A program made the translations under genes and the position numbers. A stretch of DNA of 61,707 bases, counting the filler, from Circinaria calcarea (taxonomy: Eukaryota), in assembly GCA_051942165.1 (NCBI GenBank). It is 19 parts of 19 records of this genome, joined end to end, with 100 filler letters (N's around TTAATTAATTAA, not from the genome) between each part and the next. Parts side by side here need not be neighbours in the genome. Positions count along the whole stretch, not along the records: positions 22,821 to 25,976 come from JAVECS010003007.1; positions 26,077 to 29,230 come from JAVECS010003008.1; positions 29,331 to 32,484 come from JAVECS010003009.1; positions 32,585 to 35,737 come from JAVECS010003010.1; positions 35,838 to 38,986 come from JAVECS010003011.1; 14 more parts are not named here. One strand, 5' to 3'. Positions 22,721-36,370 of this stretch are shown in pieces. The notes under the pieces were generated by a model, which worked only from the letters and a program-made list of their open reading frames with translations, had not been told where the DNA came from and made no database searches. Each line of letters begins with the position of its first letter. The first letter of the stretch is position 1.

Positions 22721-25624
22721 NNNNNNNNNNNNNNNNNNNNNNNNNNNNNNNNNNNNNNNNNNNNTTAATTAATTAANNNNNNNNNNNNNNNNNNNNNNNN
22801 NNNNNNNNNNNNNNNNNNNNTGGGGGGGGGAAATTCCTTCATCTTTCGAGGATGATAGAGATCCGTCTATTAAATGGATCCCTACGGGATCAGCGTTGTT
22901 TAACCAGAAAACCGGATTATGGGAGGTTAAGGTGGCGATGGTCTTGAGCAAAAAATAATAATATTCCCACTTTAGTAGTTTTCCCGAGGTATCCCGTGTA
23001 CCGTGTATATTCCATCATTCCCTCTAGGTTACACGTGACCGAACCACAACACTACGGAGTACGGAGTAAATGCAACGTGCGTACGGTAAGCATGGACAAA
23101 AGGTCCGTCGTAGTGACATCCTCGCTCCACCCCGTATCAGTTTTGGTTGAAAACTCCCAAACCTGCTCGCCCAGTCTCAGATCCAGTTAAAAGCTCCTCG
23201 ACTCCACTGCCACTCCTTAAACCCCCTTAAACTCCCAAATCCTCCAAGACGAATAACTCTGAACTTTTAGAGCACGCCTTAGCTGCCTCTAAATCCCCTT
23301 GCCGCCTTTATGATTCCCTCTCCCTTCATCCTCATCTTCGTCCTCAGCTCCCCCTGAAACGCTTTACCACCTCTATAATACCCCCCCCCTTCTCTCTTTC
23401 TTTATCCTCATCCTTAGCTTCCCCTGAACTGCCCCTAAACTGCCCGTACCCCCCTATCATATCTTCTATCACCCATCTTCACATCTCCACATCTCCCAGC
23501 TTTTATTTTTATCCCCCCCGCAGTGCAACCCCGAAAAACGACTATCCCCCACCTCCGCAGCCACAGACACCATCTCTTTCCCGACACAAACGCGGATAAA
23601 CGGTTGGCGCTAACACAGGCGTCGTGTGGAAGCCTGTCACGGTTTGCGCGGGGAGACAAATTTAAGGCCCTGGACGAGGGACGAGAAGAGGAGGAGCGGA
23701 AACGGGAAGGGAAAGGGGGTTGGGGATGAGAAAGCGAAAATAAGACGTCCAGCGCCCAAACACCAGACAAGAGAAAAACCCGTCCTAAATGCTAGACGAG
23801 AATAGTATTAGAATGTGCCCTACGGACCTATCGGCTTAGCGTAGGGTTATTACATGTACAAATAGCCAGCTGCATACATAGCAAGAATCGCAGCCATTTC
23901 ACACATATTTAAATAATGAGAAAGGAAACAAGGAAGCACTGAGATCCGGCCGGTCAATTAAGAAGCGAAGACCCAACACGAAAAGAAATGAATAATAGAG
24001 GCTATTTCTCGTATTGCAGGAGCAGAGCGAATGCTGATCCATGACCTGTTAATGCAAGACACGGATCGGATTGGTTACCGGGAGGGAAGTATCGCGGAAT
24101 AATGATTATGGAAATGAAGAGGAGGAAATGAGGAGCGAAGGGGATGCGGAGGAGACGTAAGGGTATACTTGAAGAATCTGCGGAGACGCACGGAAAATCA
24201 CGACAGGATAAGGGGCGCGTGTGGATGTGTTTGATGTAAGATGGACACTGTGATTTTTTTTCCAAGCTTCACCATCTCCATGCCCATAGATGTTCAAGCT
24301 CAAGATCATCTGGTTTTATGGAACACGTTGCTTTCGAAAAATCTAACTTTCATGCTCCCCTTTTTTTACTGTTTTCAATTCCGGTTCCAGCTCCAGTTAG
24401 GCCTGAGATTTCCGGGGAGTGGCTGCCGGAGTGGAGAAGATCTAGTATATATAGAAAAGCGTAAAAACTTCCAATTATGGGAGAATAAAGCGCTCTAGGT
24501 AGAGCGGAATTAAGTACTTCTGATTATACAGGAACGATGTTGGGAATTCACCGCATGATCTGAATAAATCTGCAAAACGATACCTACTTACCATTAGTAC
24601 TTATCCCGAACTTTGGTTTTAAAATGATGAAAATTACCGGGCGAAACCTTCTTCAAAGTCTTGGTCTAACTCCAAGAAATAACTATAGCCTCTGGCATTT
24701 TGCAGATTCTTCATCCAGTGTGGAGTTTGTAATATATTCTCCTCGAGGACACGAGCAACTAGGAGAGCTACAAGCACCAAGAATCATTTTCAGACGCCTT
24801 TGAATCTGTGCGGGTAACAATGGCAATTGAATTAATACTTCAAACAGGCGCGTTTATTTAGGCAGCGATGATGAAAGTTCCGCGCTCAGGTCCCGATCTT
24901 GGTGGTCTTGCAGATCCATTATGTTAGCCACATACTTTGCCATCGTCACGTATCTAAGCGATCTTGAGAATGTACTATAGAGTGTACGAAGGTGTGTGTT
25001 TATAAACACTCATTGGATAAACAGTAAATCGGGCCTTTTCCTTACCCGTTGCTATGAATTAGTCGGCCATTTTGTCGCCGTTTGTGGTTTGGAAGGTATT
25101 CCGATTTATGACTTTCTCAAGTCAAAAACTACCTACTTAAGGTACCTGCCTCGAGTATCGGTGCCGGGCTGCCGTACATAACAAAACTTCTCACAAAACC
25201 CAGGACAACAGCCAGAGCTCCAAGTCTACAGAGCCAACGCCTAGCAAGGCCTCTCTCTTGCTGGACCCCGGGCCATCCGATCCGAACCCTGAATAAAGCC
25301 AACGCCAGGTGCGCCTTTTGCCCTCCTGAATGCTCGGTCCAGCGGAATCTACCTAGCTGTTGTGGCTGAGGAATATGGTAGAGCCGTGCCGTTGGAACAT
25401 GAGCAAACGTTTCTGGACTTCCTCGTGGGTATCTAATTGCTCGTTAATGCAAGTGAAAGCGGGACTGTGCAAAACCGGCGTGCGGTGGGCATTCGCCGTA
25501 AGACTTTTTTGGGATCATTTTGGTCGTGAGACATGATAGTCGGTGGTACAGCAACTGGCCGTTGTTGCCGTAACAACATTGTATGGCTGACGAGAAGGAG
25601 GGACGGAGTGCTAAAAGGTAGGCC

Positions 25625-25976
25625 TCATCTGCCATAGGCTCCGATACCGCTGCCAACACCTATCATGCCTACGCCATAACTTCCTGCCCTGTCAGGCATC
25701 GTAGGTTGACCTCCTCCACTGTAGTCCTAAAAGCAGTGTCAGCAACAAGCCCAGACCGGAATCAAAGGAAATCTCGCGGCGAGAGATACCTTTTTCCGCT
25801 TCTTCTTAGTGACGCTACTCTTTCTACTCCCTTCGGCAGAAGAATATCCCCCCGGATCTATGACGTCGCCATCATCATCAACAAAACCTTCTCCATAACC
25901 TTCAAAACTACGTTCGTCGTATCTTCGTTTCCTTCCCGAACGCTTCGGCCTTGCAACCTCGCCAGCTGACGGGGTA
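25625..25976 (-). CDS. MED19: Mediator subunit Med19/Rox3 C-terminus (5'-truncated); intron 25727-25789
   Basis: Not in the ORF track. Manual translation gives RPKRSGRKRRYDERSFEGYGEGFVDD...KKKRKK|DYSGGGQPTMPDRAGSYGVGMIGVGSGIGAYGR*, resembling filamentous-fungal Rox3 C-termini. Confidence 0.72.
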
Positions 25977-26076
25977 NNNNNNNNNNNNNNNNNNNNNNNN
26001 NNNNNNNNNNNNNNNNNNNNTTAATTAATTAANNNNNNNNNNNNNNNNNNNNNNNNNNNNNNNNNNNNNNNNNNNN

Positions 26077-28743
26077 CATCCAATCTCCTCTATACTCCTT
26101 TTCTTCGGCGTCGTCAAGCAGTTTTGTCATCGCCTCATGTGTCCAATGCGTTGCACAATCCTTGGGTGTCTTGCCTCCGAGGTTCTTCATCCTGACGTCT
26201 GCTCCACTGTCGAGTAACAGCTTCACAACCACTTCGTGTCCTTCCCGAGCTGCGTCATATAACGCCGTTTCCCCATATTTATTTACAGCCGTAATATCTG
26301 CTCCGGAGGCTAATAGGAGTTTTAAAATAGCTTCATCCCCATAACGAGCTGCTATATGTAACGCCGAGTCCTCATATCTACCTGCAGCCGTAATATCTGC
26401 TCCGTTGGCCAGTAGAAATCTTACAACCGCTTCATACCTTTTGTAAGTCGCCACATGTAACGCCGTGTCCTTATCTGTACTTGCAGCCGTAATGTCCGCT
26501 TCGGAGGCTAATAATAGCCTCACAACAGCTTGGTGTCCTTCGGTAGCTGCCCAAATTATCGCCGTATACCCATATTTATCTGCAGCCTTGATATCTGCCC
26601 CGCTGGTCAATAATAATTGTACAGTTACTTCATATCCATTTCTTGCTGCATTTATCAACGCGGTGCTTTTGCGTAGAGTCACGGCCGTAATATCTGCCCC
26701 TTCAGCCAGTAATAACCGTACTGTGGTTTCATAACCCTCCCCCGCTGCCAGATGCAATGCCGTATAACCACCTCTGTCCGCGGCCATCATATCTGTGCCA
26801 TTGGCCAGTAATAGCCTTACAATCGCTTCATGTCCTTTCGAGGCTGCAATATGCAATGCGTTTCTTCCTTCCACATCTGTCGTTGTAGACGTGATATCTG
26901 CGCCATTAGCCAACAGTAGCTGTACTGTCGATTCATGGCCTCGCGAGGCTGCCCAATGTAATGCCGTCCAACCATCTTGATCTCTACTCTTGGAAAGGTC
27001 CGCTCTCTTAGCTAATATGATCCATACCATCTTATCATAACCTTTGGAAGCTGCTTGATGCAATGCTGTCCTTCCCTTATACATAGCTTTGACGGGCACC
27101 TCTCTTGTTAGAAAATATCCGGCAACAGCTTCATGCCCTTCCTCTGCGGCCCACCATAAGGCAGCATCAAAATCAAAATCCGTAGAACCCCAGTTGGGAT
27201 ATTTAGCCTTTAGCAAACCTAGAGCTTTGTTACGATATGGACATATCTCGGGGGAGTATATCTCAGGCGTGTCCTCTGGAAGGATATTCGGATCAGGTAT
27301 GACATCCAGGCATGCTAATGAATCCGACAGGAGGCCTCTAGCTTGGTATATGCGGGAGAGAAGGCGGAGTGTCAAAAAATAAGATGGGGCTTTCTCTCCG
27401 AGTGTAAGCTCCCGACCGGCTCTAGCCTTTTGGCAATACCTTTCTGCTGTGTCGAGGTTATCCTTGTAGAGGTAAATTCGTGCTAGGGTATAAGCAGCAT
27501 CAAGAGCATGAGCGGAGGCGACGTTATTGCCGAATTGTTCCCTCGCGATTCCTTGCAAAATCTGTTCCGACTCATTCATCTTTTCTTCATGGAGATAGCT
27601 TATGCCAAGCTTCAATCGAGCGTGTGTAAGGTCCAAATCGGAGATCTGTTCGAGTTCCACCTCTTTGGCGTATTCCAGTGCCGGCTCGAATTTTCCGGTA
27701 GCTTGCTGGTAGTCCCCTTGGCCGAATGCTTCATAGCCACTTGCTAAACACCTTCGGATCATGTGGATATCTTGGTCGTCATTAGAGATGGAGTCCGCTA
27801 CGGAAGTTTCCCCATGTTCAGCAGTCTCAAAATAAGTCGACTCTGCTGGCACGCTGTAAATGGAAGTTCCATGATGTGATGAGCTGATTGCAAAACTACG
27901 AATCGTGGCGTAGTCTTGATCTGCGGGTGGAATCCAAGCTTCAACCTGCATTCGTCCAAAAGCATTCATCCACTCCCCACCCACCAATGACAAGGCCCTT
28001 CGCCTGCAACTACTTTCAGAGACAACTGACTCGGCGATGATGGACGATTGGCACAGCACTTTCGCCGCCAATTGATTTAATTGTTCAGTGCTGCGAGATA
28101 GCTCTTCTTTATCAGAGCCTGGCAGTTGCTGTTCATTTTGCGTGAATTGGTGGTTAGCGTTCACTTGTTGAACAAGTTCTGTCAAACGCTCCATCCCTGA
28201 GATGATGTCGGTGTTTGCCGCGATAGGCATTCTGTTGATCACCTCTCTGAAGTGGCATCAGATAGACTGTATAATAAAGAACGAGCTATCATAGACTTAC
28301 AATTGGATCAATTGTAGACTCATACCCAAACTCATACAGTGGGTATGAATCTGTGAACGAAAAGTCTTGATTTCATCCCCTTTCATGTTCAACTTAATCT
28401 GCCTAACAGCTCGCTGAAAGACCTTGCCCTTCTTATTCTTGATATTTTTGAGGGCATACTCCAGCCTGTCTACTGTCCTTCTGCAGTTTTCCAACGAGTG
28501 GTTGAGAGAGACACGTAGTTCGCGACTGGTATCTGATAAGATAACATTCTGAACAGAGGGCGAGCGGAGAGTTGAAGAAATTGCATCAAGCGTGTTAAAC
28601 AAGCACCTGATTTCTTCACAGAACGACTTCACAGTATCATCGACTTTGGCAGTGGCATCGGCAAAGGTATAGAGGGTGGTAACTACTGAGTAGACGGCCT
28701 GGCTCAGAGTTACGACAGAAGCGGCAATGCTTACTGGGTCCAT
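26077..28743 (-). CDS. HeLo-like N-terminal domain + TPR + ankyrin-repeat protein (NLR-related); intron 28247-28300; no stop before the contig end
   Basis: MDPVSIAASVVTLSQAVYSVVTTLYTF start typical of HeLo-like/SesA-like domains. TPR-like helices lie at about 27300-27750, and about 10 ankyrin repeats (TALH.AA..G....V.LLL..GAD) at about 26110-27170. Confidence 0.85.
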
Positions 28744-28991
28744 AGTGAAGGTGGATACTCGGGGCATGATCAATGACGGATATATACATTGTGAACACTC
28801 CAAGACAGTCATGGAGGTTGTAGCCTCATTCTATCCCAGAACAGCCATGCTTCCTCAGGCTGCGGGGTCAGCCAATTGGGAGATGCCCAGAAGGCTGAGT
28901 ACTTTACTTTAGTTGCAGAATAGCCAAAGCATCAAGGATGGTTACACAAGATCAGGATTGGTCCATCTCGTTGGCGCCTTTCTTTACCTGT

Positions 28992-29230
28992 TCACGGAGC
29001 AGTTTTATCGAATATTACGTGGTCGAGGTAGAGTGCGGTATGTTTAGCAAATAATAGTATTTCTACCAGCTCATCGTAGAGAAAGTCCCGAAAACTGTCA
29101 CCCAATTTGTGATTGGTCCTCGAATCGTAGTAGCCGAGAGTGGCGGAAGCCTCGGAAATTAAGAGTAACAGCTGCTTTCCATTATGTACGATAACCGCGG
29201 CCTTATTGATAAGCTGCAATTCTCCATCAC
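28992..29230 (-). CDS. Possible C-terminal fragment of an unknown protein
   Basis: Frame open from the contig end to a stop at 28992, with helical-looking composition. No recognised motif. Confidence 0.3.
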
Positions 29231-29332
29231 NNNNNNNNNNNNNNNNNNNNNNNNNNNNNNNNNNNNNNNNNNNNTTAATTAATTAANNNNNNNNNNNNNN
29301 NNNNNNNNNNNNNNNNNNNNNNNNNNNNNNCC

Positions 29333-30335
29333 CGATGGGATCACGAGTTCTGCGGTGGCGGTTTGCGGTGGCAGATTTTCCCATTCAACGATGGATACGA
29401 CTACAAGAATATGATTTCCAGTGGTGGATTTTTTCAGTTAGCAGCCCGGTTGGCCAGATATACAGGCAACACGACTTATGCGGAATGGGCAGAAAAATCT
29501 TGGGACTGGATGTACGATTCACCTATGATCACTAGGGATTGGAAGATTTGGGACGGGTTAACAGTCAAAAACAACTGCAGCGATGCAGATCAAATCTACT
29601 GGACTTACAATGTGGGTACGCTTCTCGCGGGCGCCACGTACATGTATAATTATGTGAGTGGTTTGCCCCATTGAGAGTGATTATGAGTAGGCCTACGCAA
29701 GCTAATACCACTAGACTGATGGGAATGCCACGTGGGGCCAACGTGTGTCTGGATTGATGAATGGCACCAACGTGTTTTTTGTCCAATCAGCCGGACTTAA
29801 CAATCCACCCAAGCCCGGACCTCCAGGGGGTGAGATCATGGCAGAAGTTGCCTGTGAATTTCCCATTGCCCAGACTTGCAACAACGATCAGCCATCTTTC
29901 AAGGCCTACCTATCCCGCTGGATGGCCATGGCTTCGATAATGGCCCCCTTCACTTCAGATGTTATCATGCCTAGACTTCAAGCATCTGCGCTTGCTGCAG
30001 CAGGCCAATGCACCGGACAACCGGGCGGTAGCGCTTGTGGAAGAAGATGGTATCAGACGGTATGGGATGGATTTACCGGAGTCGGCGAGCAAATGTCGGC
30101 ACTATCCGTCATTCAGTCAAACCTGATATCCAAAGTGGACCCCCCCGTTACCGCAGACAAAGGTGGCACGAGTATAGGAGACCCGAGCGGTGGGGGCGGT
30201 GGAGACAACCACGGCACTAACGTGGATCCTGTCCTCACGAAGAATATTTCCACGGGTGATAAAGCAGGAGCTGGCGTGTTGACTGCGCTCACTCTGCTGC
30301 TTGTACTTGCCACAACCTGGTGGATCATTACTTAA
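29333..30335 (+). CDS. DCW1: GH76 GPI-anchored alpha-1,6-mannanase (Dcw1/Dfg5 family), 5'-truncated; intron 29654-29714
   Basis: RWD..CGGGLRWQIF.FN.GYDYKN, WTYN.G, CNNDQPSFKAYLSRW, GVGEQMSAL and the GPI signal GDKAGAGVLT followed by a hydrophobic tail. Dcw1 and Dfg5 paralogues cannot be distinguished here. Confidence 0.9.
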
Positions 30336-32584
30336 AAGTACTTGACCAATAGTGGTGTACAGACCAGAGACGCTTAGAGCAGTGCCAAACTCTTGGGATA
30401 AGGAGCTGGCCTCACGGGCGGACCTTTGCATATGCTTATGCTTCACTTCGGAATGTGTTTGCACAGGATGGCGTCGATGAAGGCGTTTTACAACGGGTAT
30501 CAAAGATGGCACAAGCAAAGGGTGCTTGCTGTCTTTTGCTGGCGGGAACACAAATGCAAATCTCGTTCGCAACGATGTACAATAAATTCCTGATGTTTCT
30601 ATTCCAGAGATCCTCTTACATGAATTTATGAACCCACGAATGTATGAACTCATGAACTCATGAATGTATGAACTTTGATCCCAGCTGCTTGGCCTATCCG
30701 CCGGCAATATTCTGCCTCTCGTGCTCGGTCCCTGAGGAGATGGCATGGGAGACTGTTAGATGGTATCGACAGGTATGGGCAGAGCTTCCGCGGTCACTCA
30801 TACCCACGTGCGTCTTCTCAGTTTGACCAACCCACCCTGCTTCGGCGTCGGAAAAAACGCTGTGCAAGCAAGCCGAGTCACTACCAATCGTTCATCTTCC
30901 AAAAAAAGGGGCAGCGAGAACCAAGGCTGAATCCCTTCTAGGAACCTTTGTTAGAATAAAGAAGATGCAGAGAGAGAGAGAGAGTGAGTGAGTACTTGGT
31001 TCATTAGTGTTATTGACGCTCCCAGGGGAAATTGATATTTTTGGGGATTCCCCTTGTTCATTCAGCCTGGTTCGTTTCTAAATCCGTAGTAACGGGCGGT
31101 TATTTACAGTACTCTTTGTTGGGGGATGGGAGTTTTGAAATGGGGATACTCCGTAAAGAAAGGGGCTTGGATATGATTGTGAAGGGGTTTGGGGAGAGGG
31201 AGAGTGGTTTGGAAAGGAAAATGGGTAGTTGGGGGAATGCGGCAGGTGTATCATCGTGGGTAGCAGGTATGATAGATATTGACGGGGTGCTCTTGCAATA
31301 ACCATAGAAGGCCCAAACGACGGTTTGATTTCATACAGAAAGCTGGAATATACACCGGAGGATACCTTTAATAGTACACATCATTTTTCTAAAGGATTTA
31401 TATAGCCTTTGCTGAGTATCGAAACCCGCGACTAACATCTATTATGCCTGCGACCACAGTAGGAGCATCTGGGTGGAGCCACGTACTTGCTCTGATGTTA
31501 GACAAGACTAAGCACACTTGGTTCCGATGGGTGTTTGGTCTCACCTTCAAGTGAATGACTTAGAACGGTTCTTGTGCACTCTTTCTCACTTGAAACATGC
31601 AATCGTAGATATTTGATATATTGCTATAATTCCCATTTCTTTGATTCAGAAAACTTGAGGAACTTGCAGATTTACATACAGCCGCATATCATCATATAGA
31701 TACCTCGTACAGGTGAGATGTATTATCTATTACAAGAAATGCTGATGATCCTTTGTGCTTTCCCCTGTCTCGCCTCGCCAGGCACCTATCTAAAAAAATC
31801 TCAGCCATGACGCGAGCACAGCGAGGTCCCGTCAGCAAGCGAATTAGCTACTGGTAAAAATAAAGCCAACACCGAAATCATTCATCAACACTTCAGGTGA
31901 CTGCGACTCCCCTCCCACCAACGTGGATTATCTGATAACGAGTGACGGCCTTCAAAATCGTAAAGGCGCTAGAAGCACCGCGAACCTGCTCTGGGTCACC
32001 CTTTCCCATCACGCTCGGACTCCTGAGCCTTGCAAACAAAACCTGTCGTATTTGAAGGGGCTAGAGCTGCCATTGCTGGGCAGCTCACCATCATCACGTC
32101 TTCCAACAAGAAGCGTAAGCTTTCGAAACAAGACCTTCCAGATACCAAAGGGAACGTGACTTGGCCCCGCCTTATCACTCCCACCTCACCTGTCCATCGC
32201 CACGCAAATCAGCCTTCCTCGCCTGGCCCCCCTTCCTCAGACACTGCAACACAGTCGACAGCCTCCCCTTCGCCACCTCGCCCGATTCCCCACCACCTTA
32301 CCCAGCTCTGTGGTGCGATAGGAAGATCACCAACTCCAGAACTGTCGAGCACCGCCGCAAGCTCTCCAAGTGCGGCCTATGCCGTTTTGACTCTGGACAA
32401 CGAGCACCGGGGGGATAATTCGGGGTCAGAGTCGGTTGGGACTTATGATAACACGAGGCTATCCGCGAGCCGAAAAATCCTCGGNNNNNNNNNNNNNNNN
32501 NNNNNNNNNNNNNNNNNNNNNNNNNNNNTTAATTAATTAANNNNNNNNNNNNNNNNNNNNNNNNNNNNNNNNNNNNNNNNNNNN

Positions 32585-33057
32585 AGTGGAATTGCACTAG
32601 CAAGGCACCTCATGTCGGTGCCACTCTTCCGGCAGTTCTGCTGCTCATGATAAAGGCCAATGTATCGAGCATGACTGACTTTAGCCTGTGTCTTGGTCAA
32701 GGGCCATTCACGGCGTTCGGGAGAGAGGGGGATTCTCAGGAGCTCTCGTGTATATGCTTCTTCGTCGTCGACCAGAGTATGATCGAAGACCCTACAATCG
32801 TAGACCAGATCTGTGACGTGTTTACTGAAGACTGGGTGCTGAGATACCGACTTGAGGACGTCCAGATCTCGCTTGGAGGATGATAGATAGACCTCGGAGA
32901 TCAGGAATTGTGAGGCTGCAAAGTTGAAAAGTTGACAGACAAGCCTGGCACTCTTGACATCCCTGAGACTCAAGAATTGGCAAACAAGAGCGAGAAGCTC
33001 CGGAGGAACGTCAAGGTAGACGTAAGAAACCACTTGTCTCTGTACTTGAAAACGCAT
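32585..33057 (-). CDS. F-box domain protein, 3'-truncated
   Basis: F-box motif LDVPPELLALVCQFLSLRDVKSARLVC, followed by HPVFSKHVTDLVYD as in expanded fungal F-box families. Confidence 0.78.
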
Positions 33058-33960
33058 CTCGTTGGGGGCAAGTCCGGTTGGGATCGTGCTTACTCGATTT
33101 GATGAAGCAAAGGAGATCAAGATATGGGCAAACCGGTCTTGTGCAGGTTGAACGGATGAGATGACTTGGGTAAATAGACAATAATAAATATGTGATCGTA
33201 GTTAGGGTGGTATTGATCCGACGGATCTATGAACGAAACTCCTCGGGTGAAGTGTCGATTTCACATTAACCGATGCCGCCTTTCAAACGGACAAACAAAT
33301 AACTTTACACAACCGAGGAAGGCGCTGCTATATGGTGTGACAACATCGTATCAAAGCCAAAATTCATTGTACAAGTAGATGGTTTCTGAATCACTCTCTT
33401 CCACAATTATATGTCATGAAGCTGACGTTACCAGTTTCTTTCGTCAGTACTTCCTGATATTAACAATTGCTTCCGCGACCTGGCTCCATAGATTCTCATC
33501 TGTGCATCAATGTCACTCACCCTGGACGTCACCTCCATCGTTGCTTCTTGGCTAACATCCTCGAGGCTGAAGTGGTTTTGAAGCCTTTACGAATTTCGGT
33601 ACGGCGCACGAGGTGGTACTTGGGGTGAAGTTCTTGGTCCACCGTATTCTCTCTTATGCAGGGATTAGTTGCCCTGCAGGCGAAAGCAGCTCAAGACAAT
33701 CAACACAATACATCACTCAATCACCCTACACTATCTTCAGAAAGACGCCGGACTACTGTTCTTGGAGTACGGCATTGACCTTTACACATGAGGCTCTCTC
33801 CTCGCGCTCACTTTCAAATCCGTCTGGAGTCAGGTCAATAGCATCAGGAGACTAAAATATCACGCGAGCGGCAACAACAATCAGCAAACCATATCAACAT
33901 ACGGAGGGAAATCCCCACGTATCAAGAACACTTATCCAGCTAGACGCCCCTCACGAGTGA

Positions 33961-35737
<1,777 letters not shown>

Positions 35738-35837
35738 NNNNNNNNNNNNNNNNNNNNNNNNNNNNNNNNNNNNNNNNNNNNTTAATTAATTAANNNNNNN
35801 NNNNNNNNNNNNNNNNNNNNNNNNNNNNNNNNNNNNN

Positions 35838-36370
35838 ACATGATGTCACGAACTCTTGGAGCTCATTATGTCCTTGATCAGCCAGCAAACGAACCTGACC
35901 CAAGCGTTCTCGCTTTGAACGCTGACCTACTGAGCTTTGATGATACTCTAACCATACATCTTCCCGAGAAAGAATACCGTTTTATCACTGCAGGGCTCGG
36001 TTCACTACTCGACCATGTACTGGTCACCAATGCTTCGCACATTTCGGTAATGAACGGCCACGGTTGCGGACGAATGCAACTCAATATTCTGGTCCTTCAG
36101 CAGAACTTGAAGAGTATTGAAAATAATGTGAGCCTGTCGCGTAGCGCGCGTTTCTACGAATACTTTAGCGAAGGTGCCGATGTTATCATATCGAGGGTGA
36201 AAGAGACTGGAGGAAAAGGCATGGGTTTCAATCTAGAAGAATTGAAGGCGTTGATTGAGTTGTGCTATTCGGAAGCACTTCAGAGCCAACAACGAGATAT
36301 TGCTATGCAAGCTAAAAGGGCATTGAACGATCATCAATTGCAGTTATCGGAGACTATGTGGAATACATAG
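35838..36370 (+). CDS. SEC8: Exocyst subunit Sec8 C-terminus (5'-truncated)
   Basis: EPDPSVLALNADL...GLGSLLD..LV.NA..I..MNGHGCGRMQLNILVLQQNLKSIE. Confidence 0.88.

Noticed and set aside
21500..22768. 422-aa plus-strand ORF
   Set aside because: It is the antisense shadow of the GC3-rich minus-strand F-box-like gene, has no motifs and runs into the linker.
23841..23850. ATAACCCTAC (minus strand) as a telomerase RNA template
   Set aside because: Only a partial match to a TTAGGG template, located inside a predicted intron, with no recognisable pseudoknot elements.
31808..32484. Possible gene start with a Pro/Ser-rich ORF (32030 onward)
   Set aside because: I could not build a consistent spliced model from an ATG, and no domain is recognisable.
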